A DNA stretch of 64,000 nt from Lama guanicoe. Its lineage: Eukaryota. The notes below the pieces were generated by a model. It was not told where the DNA came from. It saw only the letters and a list, made by a program, of their open reading frames with translations, and did no database searches. The stretch is from NCBI GenBank assembly GCA_013239625.1, contig MU054400.1, positions 727,146-791,145 of the forward strand, given 5' to 3'. The position numbers and the translations under genes are program-made. This document shows positions 22,184-34,727 of this stretch, one piece after another; the first letter of the stretch is position 1; the number at the start of each line of letters is the position of its first letter.

Positions 22184-24534
22184 GTGGGGCAGGGGTTTGG
22201 CCTGTGTCACTTGAGCCAAGTCCAGACGCGCTGCCCAAAATAGCATCCCTTCTCCTGTCAGCAGCGCCATGGAGACCGGGCTCTAAGGCAGCCCTTGTGA
22301 GGTCAGAGGTGAAGCTCCCAGTGGGCGCTCAGGGCCTCACAGTCCCGGAGGACAGGCCTGTCTTCCAAGCCAGGTGTCCAGCCCAGAGCCAGAGGAAGCC
22401 CTCCCAGGGCTTCTGATCCGGGGGAGGCTTCAGAGGCTCCTGAGCGCCCTCACTGTAGGGAGAGCTGCACAGAATGGGCATTGGAGGTAGAAAGTTCTGG
22501 AAATCAACAGCCAGGTGGAGGGGCTGGGGAGGAGACCCTGAGTCATTCCTAAGGAAGCCCCCATCCTGAAGGAGGTAGTGGAGACTCAGGTCCTAGATTC
22601 AGGGGCCTCCCAGTCTGACAAGAAAGACACATAAGCCATTTTGCAGGGAAACCTCAGTCTAAGAGAGGAGGTAGAAAGCCAAGCGTGGTCCTCTGGAAGT
22701 TCTTAGTCTGGTGTCGGGGAGAAGTCTGGGCCTCGTCGTCTAGAAGCCCCCATCTGAGTAGGGGAAGGGGAAACCTAGGCCCCACCCTCAGGAAAATGCC
22801 TCCGTTGGGAACAGCAAGCAAGGCCTCTCTGAAGGAGCCAAGCCAGACCAGAATGTAAGGCTGCAGGTGGGGTGACCAAGGTGGAGTCAGGACCAGCTGC
22901 CGTCTGAGGGGACTTCTGGAGCCAGGGCATGGCTGAGCCTCCAGAGATGGGCCAGTTTGGCATTTGAGCACATAACCTGGTGCTGAGAGAGAGGTTGCTG
23001 GTCTGCAAACTGTAAGGAGAGCTGCCAGGTGGAGTAGTGGATGGTGGGCAGTGGGTTAGGAAGCTTCTGAGCCTGGCAGTCCCTCATTGTAGGAAGGTGG
23101 TATAGGATTTGGTTGCAAAGCCAGCTCTGGTAGCAGAACTGTCCTCTAGAGGGTGCCAGTAGGCCGGGTCAGGTCTGGAACTTGCATTGCCCAGGTCCTC
23201 ACCCCTACTTGCCCAGCAGGTCTCTCTGCAGGGAGAGGCAGGGGTAGGCTGCCCAGTCAGAGACCATCCTTAAGGAGTGAACTCTTCCACTGCAGGGCCA
23301 TAGCTGACGCTCGGCCCCTCACTCCCCTCTACAGACTCCAAGAGGGCTCAGGAGGCTGAGTCCTCAATTCGGGAAGGTAGCAATGTACCGCTGGTAGTGG
23401 GGGACACCTGCCTTTATTCCCTTCTTGTGTGTGCTGTTGAAGTCAGGATGAGGTAAGGGTTAAAAGTGGAGATGGGCTCTTGAATGAGGTCAGAGATTGG
23501 TCAGAGTTGCATTGGGCTGCAGTCAGGCTGGTGAGGGAGGGAACTGGGATCCATGTTGGAGTCAGAGATCAAGCCCTGGGCTCATTTACTGGGCTGTGCA
23601 CTGGGGACCCCAAAGTGAAGAAGACATAGTCCTGTCTGTGTCGTGGGAGAGAGATAAACAGCAGGTGACTTGGGATACACCGTGATAAGGTGGAGGGGAT
23701 AAAGGAACAGCTAAGCCAGCCTGGAGGGGGACAAGGATCTTCCAGAAGAGATGGCATGGGAGCTGAGTCCTCTAAGATGAGTAGCAGAGGATGTATGGTA
23801 GTGGTTATTTTAAGCCATTTGAAGCCCAATGGGATTGTGAGAGAATCTAACGCATTCTGGGAACTGTGAGTGGTTTGCAGAGGGCTGGAAAGGGGGCAGA
23901 CCATGAAGGACTTTGTCTGCCAGGACATGGGGTCAGACTTTATCTTAAGGGCCTGAGGAGCCCTTGAAGGGTTCTAAGCAAAGAGAGGAGCAGAGTAGCC
24001 AATGGGGTCCTTGAGGGCCCAGAGCCTCCAGCAGGCAGGGGCACAATTGGGCCTGGGCTTGGGCTGGAGAAGATGAGGAGGAGGTGTCAGCCCCTGGGCA
24101 TCCACCACTGGAATTTATGGGATTGCCAGAAAGCACAAGGGAGTGGGGCAAGGGGCAGGGTCAGAATTCTGGGCACAGAAGGATGACTGAGAAAGAGCAG
24201 GTAGAGAAGGAGATACAAACGCAGACACCAAGCTGCCAAGATGCCACAGGGATCTCAGGGAGGCTGTGGCCCCAAAGTTGAGTGCTGAAGAGAGACCAGC
24301 CTTGGTGAGCTGGTGGGATGGAGGATGGCCTTAGTGCTAAAGAAGTGGAGGCTGAGGAGGCAGAAAGTTCAACCGTGGAGAGACGAGAGGCAGCTAAAGG
24401 AACTGCAAGGCTGAGCATCAGGGTTAGAGTTGGGTCTAGACAGAACCTGAGGGGATCTCCAGGGCCAATGGGGATGGTGTGGGCAGAGAGGGAACACCTG
24501 GAATCCTATCTTCACAGGGTGGGCTCTGAGTGGA

Positions 24535-24666
24535 CCACCAGATAAAATACAAGATATTCAGTTAAATTTGAATTTCAGAGAAATAATATTTGCAATATGT
24601 GAGACATATCTATACTAAAAAATTACCCATTGTTTCTCGGAAATTCAAATTTAAATGGGTGTCCTA
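24535..24666. mobile_element. MER53-like palindromic hAT element
   Basis: ccagataaaataca...ttaaatttgaatttc ... gaaattcaaatttaa (internal inverted repeat). Confidence 0.7.
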
Positions 24667-27600
24667 GCTCTGGCTTCTTCGAAGTCCCCCAGATGCCTTG
24701 CACGTTTAACTGGATTTGAGCTCCAGGTGGGCATCAGATTCACTGCACAACCTTGGCTCAGTTCCTGCCCCCAGGCCTTTGTTTCCTTATCTGTGAAGTG
24801 GGGTTGGAGGATATGCAGTCCTCTCACCTTCTACTTTCGCCATCCAGACAGGGTCCAGGAAAAGATTTATGAAAGCAGCTGCTGACCATTAAGTCAAAAA
24901 CTAATTTGGTCGAAATGATAAATCAGTTGAAAATGAATTGGTAATACTGGTGTGCTACAGAGCAATTTTTGCAAACTTTGATGTGTCTTTAGGTGTTTAG
25001 TTTCTCTTTCAGCAATTGTTTAGTTTTCTTATTATAATTTTGCCTGCAATACACTACTTTTGCTAGTAAAAGGTCAGAAATAATCGAATGCTCATCAACC
25101 TCCCGTTTCTTACTCACTACACTAAAAATCTTACAGTGTGAACTAGTGATTGGGACATTAATGTTCAACTTAACTGAAAATTTAAATATTTATAAACACA
25201 TAGCCAAACAAGTCAAGCAGATATAATTGCCTACCGTTGGAGTGGAAATTTTTTTAAAAAGAGGAAACAAATGAAAAATCTCAGATCCTTTTCTTTTATT
25301 CATTTATTACCTAAAATAAGCCAAAAGAACAACTGCAAGCATTTTGGTAGGTTTCTTTGTAATCCTTTTTTTATGTATACACCTATGCACATCTCCTCCC
25401 ACTTTGTCAACAATAAACAGAATGAAACCTCTATAAAGTTTTGTAAAGTACTTTTTTCCACTCAAACATTAAGAATACCTTTCCATGCCAATAGGTCCAC
25501 ATCCACGTCATATATGTGTCTGCAGCACAGAACTGCCTCCAATTTTAAAATTATCCAACTCTTCTCTATTATGAATAGCATGGGACACACACAATTGGCT
25601 GAAACCTTAGGAATGAAAATGCAAATAGAAATTTTAAAAAATTAGAATGAAGAAAGGAAAATGCCCAAAGACACTAAAAATTCCCAGATGCCCTCCAATT
25701 ATTGATGTGTGTAAAAAATGAATCATTTCAGCTATTTGTTTCAGTGAACATGCCATTTGATTAATCTATTTATCGTGTAAAGTGCTTTCAATCAAATTGT
25801 TTTCCGCTTGGGGTTTTCTAGACCCTTCTGAGACACAGAGTCCTTTGTATATCTCAGGAGCTGGTGGTATCAGTCAGAAGTGAGCTGCTCTGGCTGAAGA
25901 AGCAGGGATGGGGTGGGAGAGGAGTGCCGGTCCCTAGAGGAATCCTAGTTCCTCCGAGATCATCTGACGCCTTGAAGATTCTCAGATGGCTCAAAAAAAA
26001 AAAGACCCATAAGTCTCACCCAGGTAAGTGTCCCCTTTCAAACTCATTATTCAGGTAGGGAAACTGAGAATCAGAGCAAGGTAGCAGTTTGCCTAAGATC
26101 ACTCAGAACTAGAACCTCCAGATCTGCCCCAGGAGGCCAGGTATCCAGACTAGAAGAACTGGGGGCCACACGTATGGGCTGGGGAAGGGTAGGGGCACAG
26201 GCAGGACCCGGGATGGTCTTTATCCCTGACCCTCCCCCAGACTCTCAACCCTCCTCTTCAGAGTCACACATGGGCCTCCAGGAAAGAGTGGTCAGAGACT
26301 AAGGCCGACAGGGTCAGGTGGGCACGGCCCCTTGCCCAAGAGCAGACATCCTGTAAGTCAGGGAAGCAGAACTCAAACCCAGGCCTGCTCCACTCTAAAG
26401 CCTTCATCAGGCTGTCTCCTTTGGCATGAGGTGTAGAACTCAGGCCTGTCACTTATTAGTATGAACTAGAGCTGTGAGGGCAGGCTTCCTGGAGGAGGGG
26501 GTGTCTCATTGAAAGAAGCTGAGAGATGATACTGAGGAAATTTGCATGTGTGAGAAGCATTTGTGTCTCTGTATATGTCTGTATGTGAACACGTATATGT
26601 GTGAACAAATAGGTGTGTATGTATGTATGTGTCTGTATCTGATCTTAGATATGAACACCTCTCTGTGGGCTCTTTCTCTCTCTCACACACCCACCCACCC
26701 ACACACACACACACACAGTCGTGCACACTTGAGCATGCGCCCATTCCTCTGGGTTAATATTTTCCTGCCTGCGTCAGCATGGTCTCCGCCAGCGGGCAGC
26801 TCACTGCAGGAACGTGCCCTATCTGATCTGGTCAGGGGCTATGGGCCTGGAACAGGGGGCTTGGGGTGGGCAAGGAGCCCGTCTCAGCAACCCCTGGGCA
26901 AACTACTCTCTCTTCATTCTCCTGCTCAGCCTGAAAAAGGAGGCAGGCCCAGAAGTCCCGGCAACCCTGGTGTGATGTGGCTACCTTGTCTCCCCACTCA
27001 CACTGGGGGTTCCCCAAGTGGGGCAGCCTCCCTGCCTCCCTGCCTCCCTCCCTCCCTCCCGATTGGAGGACCAGCTGTTCCCTGAGATACCTTCCCCACC
27101 CCTCATCTCTGCCCAAATCCTGAGGCCTCTCCACACAGTGGGACAACAGGAAGTAGAGGCCGTGAGGAAATGCTCACAGGGTGCCCCCCTTCAGCAGGAA
27201 AGCAGCTTTGAAGTGACTGTGCGGGAAAGTGGGATTTGATTTACAGCTTTCCAGGAACACAGTGATTGCCCGAAGGGCCTGTTCCGAGGTCTGCGTGGGC
27301 AGGAACTTGGACACAGGCACTGAGCCCAGGAAGGCTTGATCGAACATGGGGATGCCGGGCCGGGTGGGGCCTCCTCGGTTCCCGGGCCTCTCCCAGTGTC
27401 AATGGAGGGTCTCCCACGCCCACACGGGTTCCTGACTGGGAGAACTGGGGTACAGGCTGAGCCAGATTGGGCTGAGCAGGCAGATACAATCTCTTCAGCT
27501 CGGGGCATAGCCAAAGGTCCAGGGTGAGTCAAACCCAGGTGTCAGGGCTTCCAGCCCAGCCTGAGGATGCCCTAATGCGTCTCTGCATGGGAGAGGCAAG

Positions 27601-28439
27601 GATGGAGCATGGAGGAAGGAGGACCACCTCCGCGGCGCTTTTCCCTACAGTGCAGCATTAGTATCTCCTCCCAATGCTAGGGCCACATTCTGACTTTCAT
27701 GGCCCTTGACACTTTTGCCTTTGTGGGCCCTTTCCTCCATAAAAAACTAAGTTGAAATTATATTTTAATGACTGTTATATAAAGATGAATATATTTATGA
27801 TGGTTGCACAGTAAAACAATTTCTTCAACCTACAAGTTCTTGTTTTCTTATTTTAAAACAAACATTTTTTGTAGGCCCATAAATAGAACATCTTTCAGGG
27901 AAGTATGCCTGCCATGCCATGTGGAGCAGTCAGCCCAGCACATCCTGGTGTCCCTCTCACCATATGAATGTTGCCACCGCCCCAGTCCTGCTACCAGCCC
28001 AGTTCTTACTCCACTGCTCCAGAGCAAATGACCCAACATCTCTCTCTTGTTCTCTCTCTCATGCATCTAATGGACATCATACACCTGCCCCAACCCAACC
28101 TCATCTACACTTCTCCCAATTCTGTCCACTTCCTAAGGGCCCATCTGCAGGAACGCCCTTCACAGCCACATCTCTGTAGTTTCCACCCAGGAGTCACTCA
28201 ACTGCTCCTTCTGGCTGCCCCTTCGTCTGCCCTGAGGTCCTCTTTACACCCCTGTGCCTGACCCAGAGGGCCTAGCCCTGTCTTGGGGACAATGCATTAC
28301 ACTTCAGTCCCCAGCGAAGCTTCCCACCAGCTGCGCAGATGTCAGAGGAGCCGGGATGGTAGGGGTGCAGAGGGCAGAGATGAGTTCCCAGCAGAGATGC
28401 CTAACCCCAACACCTGGACACAGGCTCCATATGCCTTTA

Positions 28440-29345
28440 AAGCATTTTTAAATGAAATTTTCAAACATGCACAAAAGTAGTGTATGAACCTCCATATAAC
28501 CATCACCCCATAAAATCAACCTTTTGGCACTGTGGTATCATAGGTGTTTTTCCTTTTTAGGTTTATTTATTTTTAATTTTTTTGGCAGGGGTGGGTAATT
28601 AGGTTTATTTTTTAACAGATACTGGGAATTGAACCCAGGGCTTTGTGCATGCGAAGCACACACTCTACCACTGAGCTATACCCTCCCGACCCAGTTTTTC
28701 CTTTTTTATGAAGTATTTTAAAACAAATCCCAGCCATTATGTCATTTCACTGCTACGTTCTTCAGTATTCATCTCCAAAACTTACTAACATTTTCTTATA
28801 TAATCACAATACCATGCCTAACAAAATGAACAATTCCATGGAACTACCAGGTAACCAAAATTGTTCCCAAATGTCTTGATTTGTTGGTTTGTTTGAGTCA
28901 GGATCCAACAAGGTCACTCACTGCAATGGGTTACATGTTCTCTTAAAAATGAGCTGTTTCCTTTTCTGTTCTGTTCACATTCTGTTCATGTCACTGTCAT
29001 TATTGAGTAAATGCGGTTCTGTAGGAAGTCCAGGTTCTGGATTTGTGTTTGCTTCCTTGTAATGCCATTTAACTTTTCCTCCATCCCCTGTATTTCCTAG
29101 ACTATACAGGAAGTTAGCTCTAATTGTGTAATTTTATTTAAGTTCAATTTTTGGAAGGGGAATCCTTTGTGTACAGTGCTGTGTTGTGTGCTTCCTACTG
29201 TACCCCATCCAGAGGCACATAACGTCTAGTTGCCACAAGCTTAGTGATGCTGACCAGTCTGTGGGTTCAGAGGGTGGCAACCTGATCCCAACACTGTCAA
29301 GTTCCCATCAGCCATTTGCCTTCTGGTTTCTTCCTTTGATTTCTG
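28440..29345 (-). mobile_element. Old L1M-type 3' region hosting the 28559 SINE
   Basis: gaaattttcaaacatgcacaaaagtag, aagtattttaaaacaaatcccag.cattatgtcatttcac, tttgagtcaggatccaa. Confidence 0.55.
28559..28693 (-). mobile_element. tRNA-derived SINE (camelid Vic-1-like)
   Basis: A box TAGCTCAGTGG, B box GGTTCAATTCC and A-rich tail; 13-bp TSD gtttttccttttt at 28546-28558 and 28694-28706. Confidence 0.85.
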
Positions 29346-32300
29346 CCTAAGTTGATGTCAAAATTCTTCCACACTTAAGTATTTTAAAGGAGAAACTCTG
29401 AGCAGCAATTTCTTAACCAGCAGGAAAGCAAGAATCTAGTAATGGTGGAGTCTCAGGTACTGAGATAATCAGAGCAAAGAGGAGAGTCATGATCAGAGAT
29501 ATTTCATGAGAAGGATGAAAGAGTGAGGTGGTGTCAGAAAAGAGCAATGGAAAACCCAAGAACCTCCTGGCTGGGAGCCTGAGTGTGGGGCTGGTTTGGG
29601 GTTTGGCTATTCAGAAGAGGTGCCCCCATTGGGGTCGTGAGTTGTGGTTCACAGCTTGGATTTTATAGCCAGAAGACCTGAGCTTGAATCCAGTTCAGTT
29701 TCTTGATTGGTGCTGGGCAACTTTGAGCAAGATATTTGATTAGGTGTTTTCATCTGTATGATGGAGATACTAATCCTCACCTCACAGGGTTGTTGGGCGA
29801 ATAGATTGAGTTGATGAGGGACATGGTGAGTGCCTGGTGGACAGTAAATACTCTGTGTGGTAGAGAGGATGCCTGTTTGAGGAAAGGGACCCTGTACCCA
29901 ACACCTAACACCTTGATTGACTCTTACCCAATACCAGGGCCAAAGCTCGAAGGGCTGGGCAGGGGTGGCAGTGGAGTAAATTATGCTCATTCCGCAGGCA
30001 GGCAGCAAGACCAAAGCCCAAGGACTTCCATTCAGATCTCAAGTGTGGCTGGTCTCCCAGCTCTTCCCATTATGGGCTGGCCGCTCAGCTCTCGGACTTG
30101 ACTCCCCAGTTTCTCCCCAGGTTTGAGGGGCAGGGCTGCCCCAGGCATCCTGCAATCATCAGCTCAGTCAACAAGCATCTGGCTCACTGAGCAGCTGAGG
30201 GATCCAGGCATGACAGGGCTATGGCAGGAAGCCTCCTGGGGTTATTCCAGCCTGCATAGCATGTTGTGCAGAGCAAGTGCACAACAAATGTATGTTGAGA
30301 GAACTGAGCTCCCCCTGCCCCAAGTGGTAGAGAAATAGGCTATTAGGGAGGGTGATTATGCCTGTGGGTGGTATGGGGGGGTCAGTCTCTTGGGCATCCC
30401 CAGGAATTCATGACTCCAAGACCCTGAGCTCTGGGGCAAGCAGCCTGGCAGGGCAGACAACCAGGAGCTCCTCACTCCAGCTTGTTTCAGCCTGTTCTAC
30501 TCCTGCTCCCACCCACTATCTTGGCCCCCATTTAGCCTCTCAATTGCTTTTCATAGCACCTGAGGCAACACAGCCTAGGCTTCAGTGGGGTGAGATGAAG
30601 GGGTCGAACTTCTCTCCCCTCCCGACCGCATCCTTTTTACAGAGCTCACCAGGCTTGGCACTAGCGACCCCTGCTGGTGGTCTAAGCTGACTCCTTTGGC
30701 CTGAGTCCACTGGAGGCATCACCCACGAGCCCCCTCCTCCCACACACCACAGGGGACTGGCAGGGCCAGCCTTAGCCCCAGGGTCCTGCTCTGAGGAGGT
30801 ACACATGGCTCCATCCAGCCCAGCCCACACACCTTCACTGTGGCTTCCAGGTTTTCTTTTCCACGTCACCTGTGATGCTTCCTTTCTTGTTTTGTTGACT
30901 TTATGGTGTTTGTTTGCTTTGGCTAAGCCTACAGCCTCAGGATGAAAACTCTGAACTCGGGATGTGTGATCCTGAAAGACAACAAGCTGGGAGTGGGGCG
31001 GGGGTGGGTGAGAGAGGGAGAGCTGTGAGCTGCTTCCCAACCTCAGTCTGGGGGAAACTGCTGCTCACCCCCACCAGGCAAGCAGGGTTGGGAGGGGCAA
31101 GGATGGGTGGACAGACTTTCCCAGCCTCACTGCAGGCAGGTCTTGGCCTGTAACGTTAATTTGTTTTGAAGTTCAGCCCCAGAACTCTAAACAACTCACT
31201 TCTCCAGGTTTGGGCACCCCTTGTAGGGCAGAGTACAGGTTCTCTGTAAACTGTTACCTGCATTCAACCCCTAGTCCTTCAACTGAACACTCTTGTGAAG
31301 CCCCCAGGACCAAGCCTTCCTGGCTTTCCAAACACCTCCATGAGAATCTGTCACCCAACAGCCTGTGAGGCGGCCCCACAGGGATTATTGCCCCTCTGCA
31401 TCTTACAGTGGGAAAGTTGACCCCCAGAGAGGGTAAAGGGACCTCTCCAGGGGCACTAAGAGAGAACTTGAGGTAGAACCCAGGCTTCCTGGCTCCTAGC
31501 CCAGGCTCTTTGCCCTACTTCAAGCATCTCTCAGATTACAGAGCATGATGGGAAGGCGTCACCAGGCCCCGCCTGCTGGGTCAGGGGCCAGCACACCCAG
31601 ACATGGATACACACGCACACTGCATGCCAGGGCATTGGGCGCCACACAAACCAGGGACATGGGCAACCTGGGGCTGCCATGCTCTCCTCATATCCCAGCA
31701 GACCAGACACCACTTGGACCTTTATGTCCTTCCTGCCCACAAAGGGGGTGATAGGAAGCTCTGGCTGGATGCCCACACTCGCTGCGCCTGGTCTATGGGG
31801 TGTGCATGCTCTCTCAGGGTTAGGATGAGTGTGCAGCTGGGGGCTTAGGGGATAAGCTCAGGGAAGCCGTGGCCGTCACCACAGACTTAGAGTGTTTGGC
31901 TTTGCCAGCTGGTCCAGCCAAGCCCTCCTTGGGAAGGATTAGCTGCCATCAGGGAGCCTCCTCACCTGCCACTCAGCCAGGCCTTGTTCTCTGATGGCTC
32001 ACCGGGCTCCAAAACTGCATCCCTCTCTCAGGGAGACACCTGCACCCGTGCACACATGTGCTCTGGGAAGAGCTGTGTGTCCACTCCCCCATCCCACCTC
32101 CATGGTACATGGCACACACCCTTCACGCCTGTGGCCCACATCTTTAGGCAGCCCACGTGGCCTGTAGCAGTCAGACATGAGCACACATGTGTAGCACAGC
32201 ATATATACCCCATATAGATGAAAGCACAGTTTCATTCTACATATCCCCTGCCCCTTCCGGGACCAGGGTCATGTGAGGGTGAGGGGTGAGTCACCTGCCA

Positions 32301-34146
32301 AACCGTGGGACCTGCTGAGCCATCAGGATGGGAAGCCCCAGGCTGACAGCTGTGGCCTCAAGGGACCAACACCCTGCGTGGGGCCCGCCCTGCCACCAAC
32401 CTACAGTACCCCCCCAAATCTCCATTTTCACCCTTGTGCCCACACCCTCAGCCAGAACTCACGCCAGAAAGGCACCTCTATTCCTTTCAAATAGATACAT
32501 CTGCGGCTGAGCTAGCTGTCTGTCACTGTGCCTCTCAAGGGCTCCCAACAAACTTCTGCTGTAAATACAGATGCCCCAGGGGAGAACCAGGATGGCAGCA
32601 GGACCCATCCTCTCTCCTCTCCCCCATCCAAACCCCAAGCCTCCTATCTATGCCCTCTCCATGGAAGCCCTTCCTGTTGCTGATTATTCACACGTCTCCC
32701 TCCTCTTAGCCTGCATACACTTGAGACAAGAGCCCCACTCCGGACGCAGAGAGGCTCTGTCCCACCTGTGTGTGCCTGTCCAGGAGTCTGTTCCTGAGAC
32801 TGGGAGCTCCCTGGGAACAGAGGGGCAATCCACAAACAAATCGAGAACCCGGAGGCCAGAGTAACCCGGGTGAGTGTACTGTCCGCCAGATGAAGGAAAC
32901 TGGTAAAGCCCACGTACCTGAGCTCCTCGTACCCCAGGATCAGCCGGTCAGGTCCTGCTGGGTCTGAAGAATGTCCTCGAGCTCCTACTACCTGCCAAAC
33001 ATGTCTGTAAATATTGATCGAATTTGCACATGCATTGATATTAAGAAACATCACTCCAAATCTCACTATCTTTCTAGTCTGAAAATATAACATATAGTGG
33101 TTAAGAGTGTGGCCTCTGAAGCTAGACTCCTGGGTTTAAATCCCAACTCTGTTGCTTACTAATTATTTAGTCTCTCCGTGCCTCAGTTTCCTCATCTGTC
33201 AAAGGGAGGCAATAACACATATGAAGTGCTCAGGGGAGGGCCTGGCCTGTGTAAGTGCTGAGAGTTTGCTGCTGCTGTTCTCCCCTCTCCACTAATTCAG
33301 TGCCTTGTAGTCTGTCCCTAACAATCTACTCTTCGCCCAACCTGTCAACATAATGTGAACGCAAATCCAAGGGAGTCTCTCCTGTACTTGAAATCCCTTC
33401 GTGGCTCCCCATGGCCCTCAGAATAGTGTCTGGCTCACAAGCTCTGCTCACAAGGCCCCTCACATCTGTCCCGGTTCTTCAGCCTCACCGTTTCTCCTCT
33501 CATTTTGCTTTGAACACACAGACTCCCCTGGACACTCTCTGCCTGGCCCCTCTGTCCCATGTTGTGCTGGTAAATGCTTAACATCTGGAAAAAATTTGTG
33601 CATCTATATACAAACACAAGTTCATTATACATTTTATTGGTATAAAGCTGTAAAAGAGCACACAACTTACAAATAGTACGAAAATATACAGTGATCTCTA
33701 TTGTAAATTCTACAGCATCAGTTGCTTTGTAGAAGGCTTTCTCTCATTTTTGCCAGCCCTTTTATTTGTAGCCAAACTATGGTTGCAATTCATCCAGGAT
33801 TCGACAAAATCAGATTATGAACAGATGCTTGATTTCTGTTTGATTCCACAGAAAGTCATTCACATCATTGACTAGTGAACGTAGTTCCAACGTAAATGTT
33901 GGTTGATATTTTCATTTACATTAAACAGTAAGACAAATGTAAGAGGACAAAGACGTGTATTGAAACATCAGTCATCCGCCAATGATATGTAACCTTTTTT
34001 GCTGAATTGGTTGGTAGTTTGCAAATATTGGAAGAATGTTACTCAGAGTTTTGTGCTATTCACAACATAATGGCTACAGACATGACAAACTTTTATGTTT
34101 CATCTGCATTATTAACATTTTCTCCATCACTTTCTTAAGTCTAGAC

Positions 34147-34727
34147 CAGGGGTCAATAAATATTTTTGTAAAGGGTCAAACAGTAAATATTTTAGGTTTT
34201 GCGGGGCATATGCGGGGCATATAGTCCCTGTTTAACTAACTCAGCTCTGCCACCATAGGGTGAAAGCAGCCACAGACGGTATGTAAACAAATGCACAAGG
34301 CTGTGTTCCAGTACAACTTCCTCTGTGGTCACTGAAATTTGAATTTCATATAATTTCCATGTGTCACAAAATATTCTTTTTTTTTTAAATTGAAGTATAG
34401 TTGATTTACAATGTTGCATTAGTTTCAGGTGTACATTCAGTTATATACATGTATATAAAAGTATATATATATATATGGTTTTTCAGCTTCTTTTCCATTA
34501 TAGGTTATTACAAGATATTGAATATAGTTCCCTATGCTATACAGTAGGTCCTTGTTGTTTATCTGTTTTATGTATAGTAATGTGTACATATGATCCCAAA
34601 CTCTTAATTCATCCCTCTCCCACAAAATATTCTTCTTAAGGTTTTTTTCTGACTATTAAGAAATGTAAAAACCATTCTTAGCTCACAGGCTGGATTTGAC
34701 CTGCAGACTGTAGTTTGTTAACCTCTG
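34147..34727. mobile_element. hAT-Charlie MER58B-like DNA transposon, interrupted by the L1
   Basis: Ends caggggtc... and ...gtagtttgttaacctctg; internal gtaaagggtcaaacagtaaatattttaggtttt and aactcagctctgcc. Confidence 0.75.
34379..34620 (-). mobile_element. 5'-truncated LINE-1 3' end
   Basis: Same family as the 40663 copy; perfect 14-bp TSD cacaaaatattctt at 34365-34378 and 34621-34634. Confidence 0.88.

Noticed and set aside
24870..25810. AT-rich block containing a 124-aa ORF
   Set aside because: Looks like decayed ancient transposon or L1 sequence; no protein similarity recognised and I could not assign a family.
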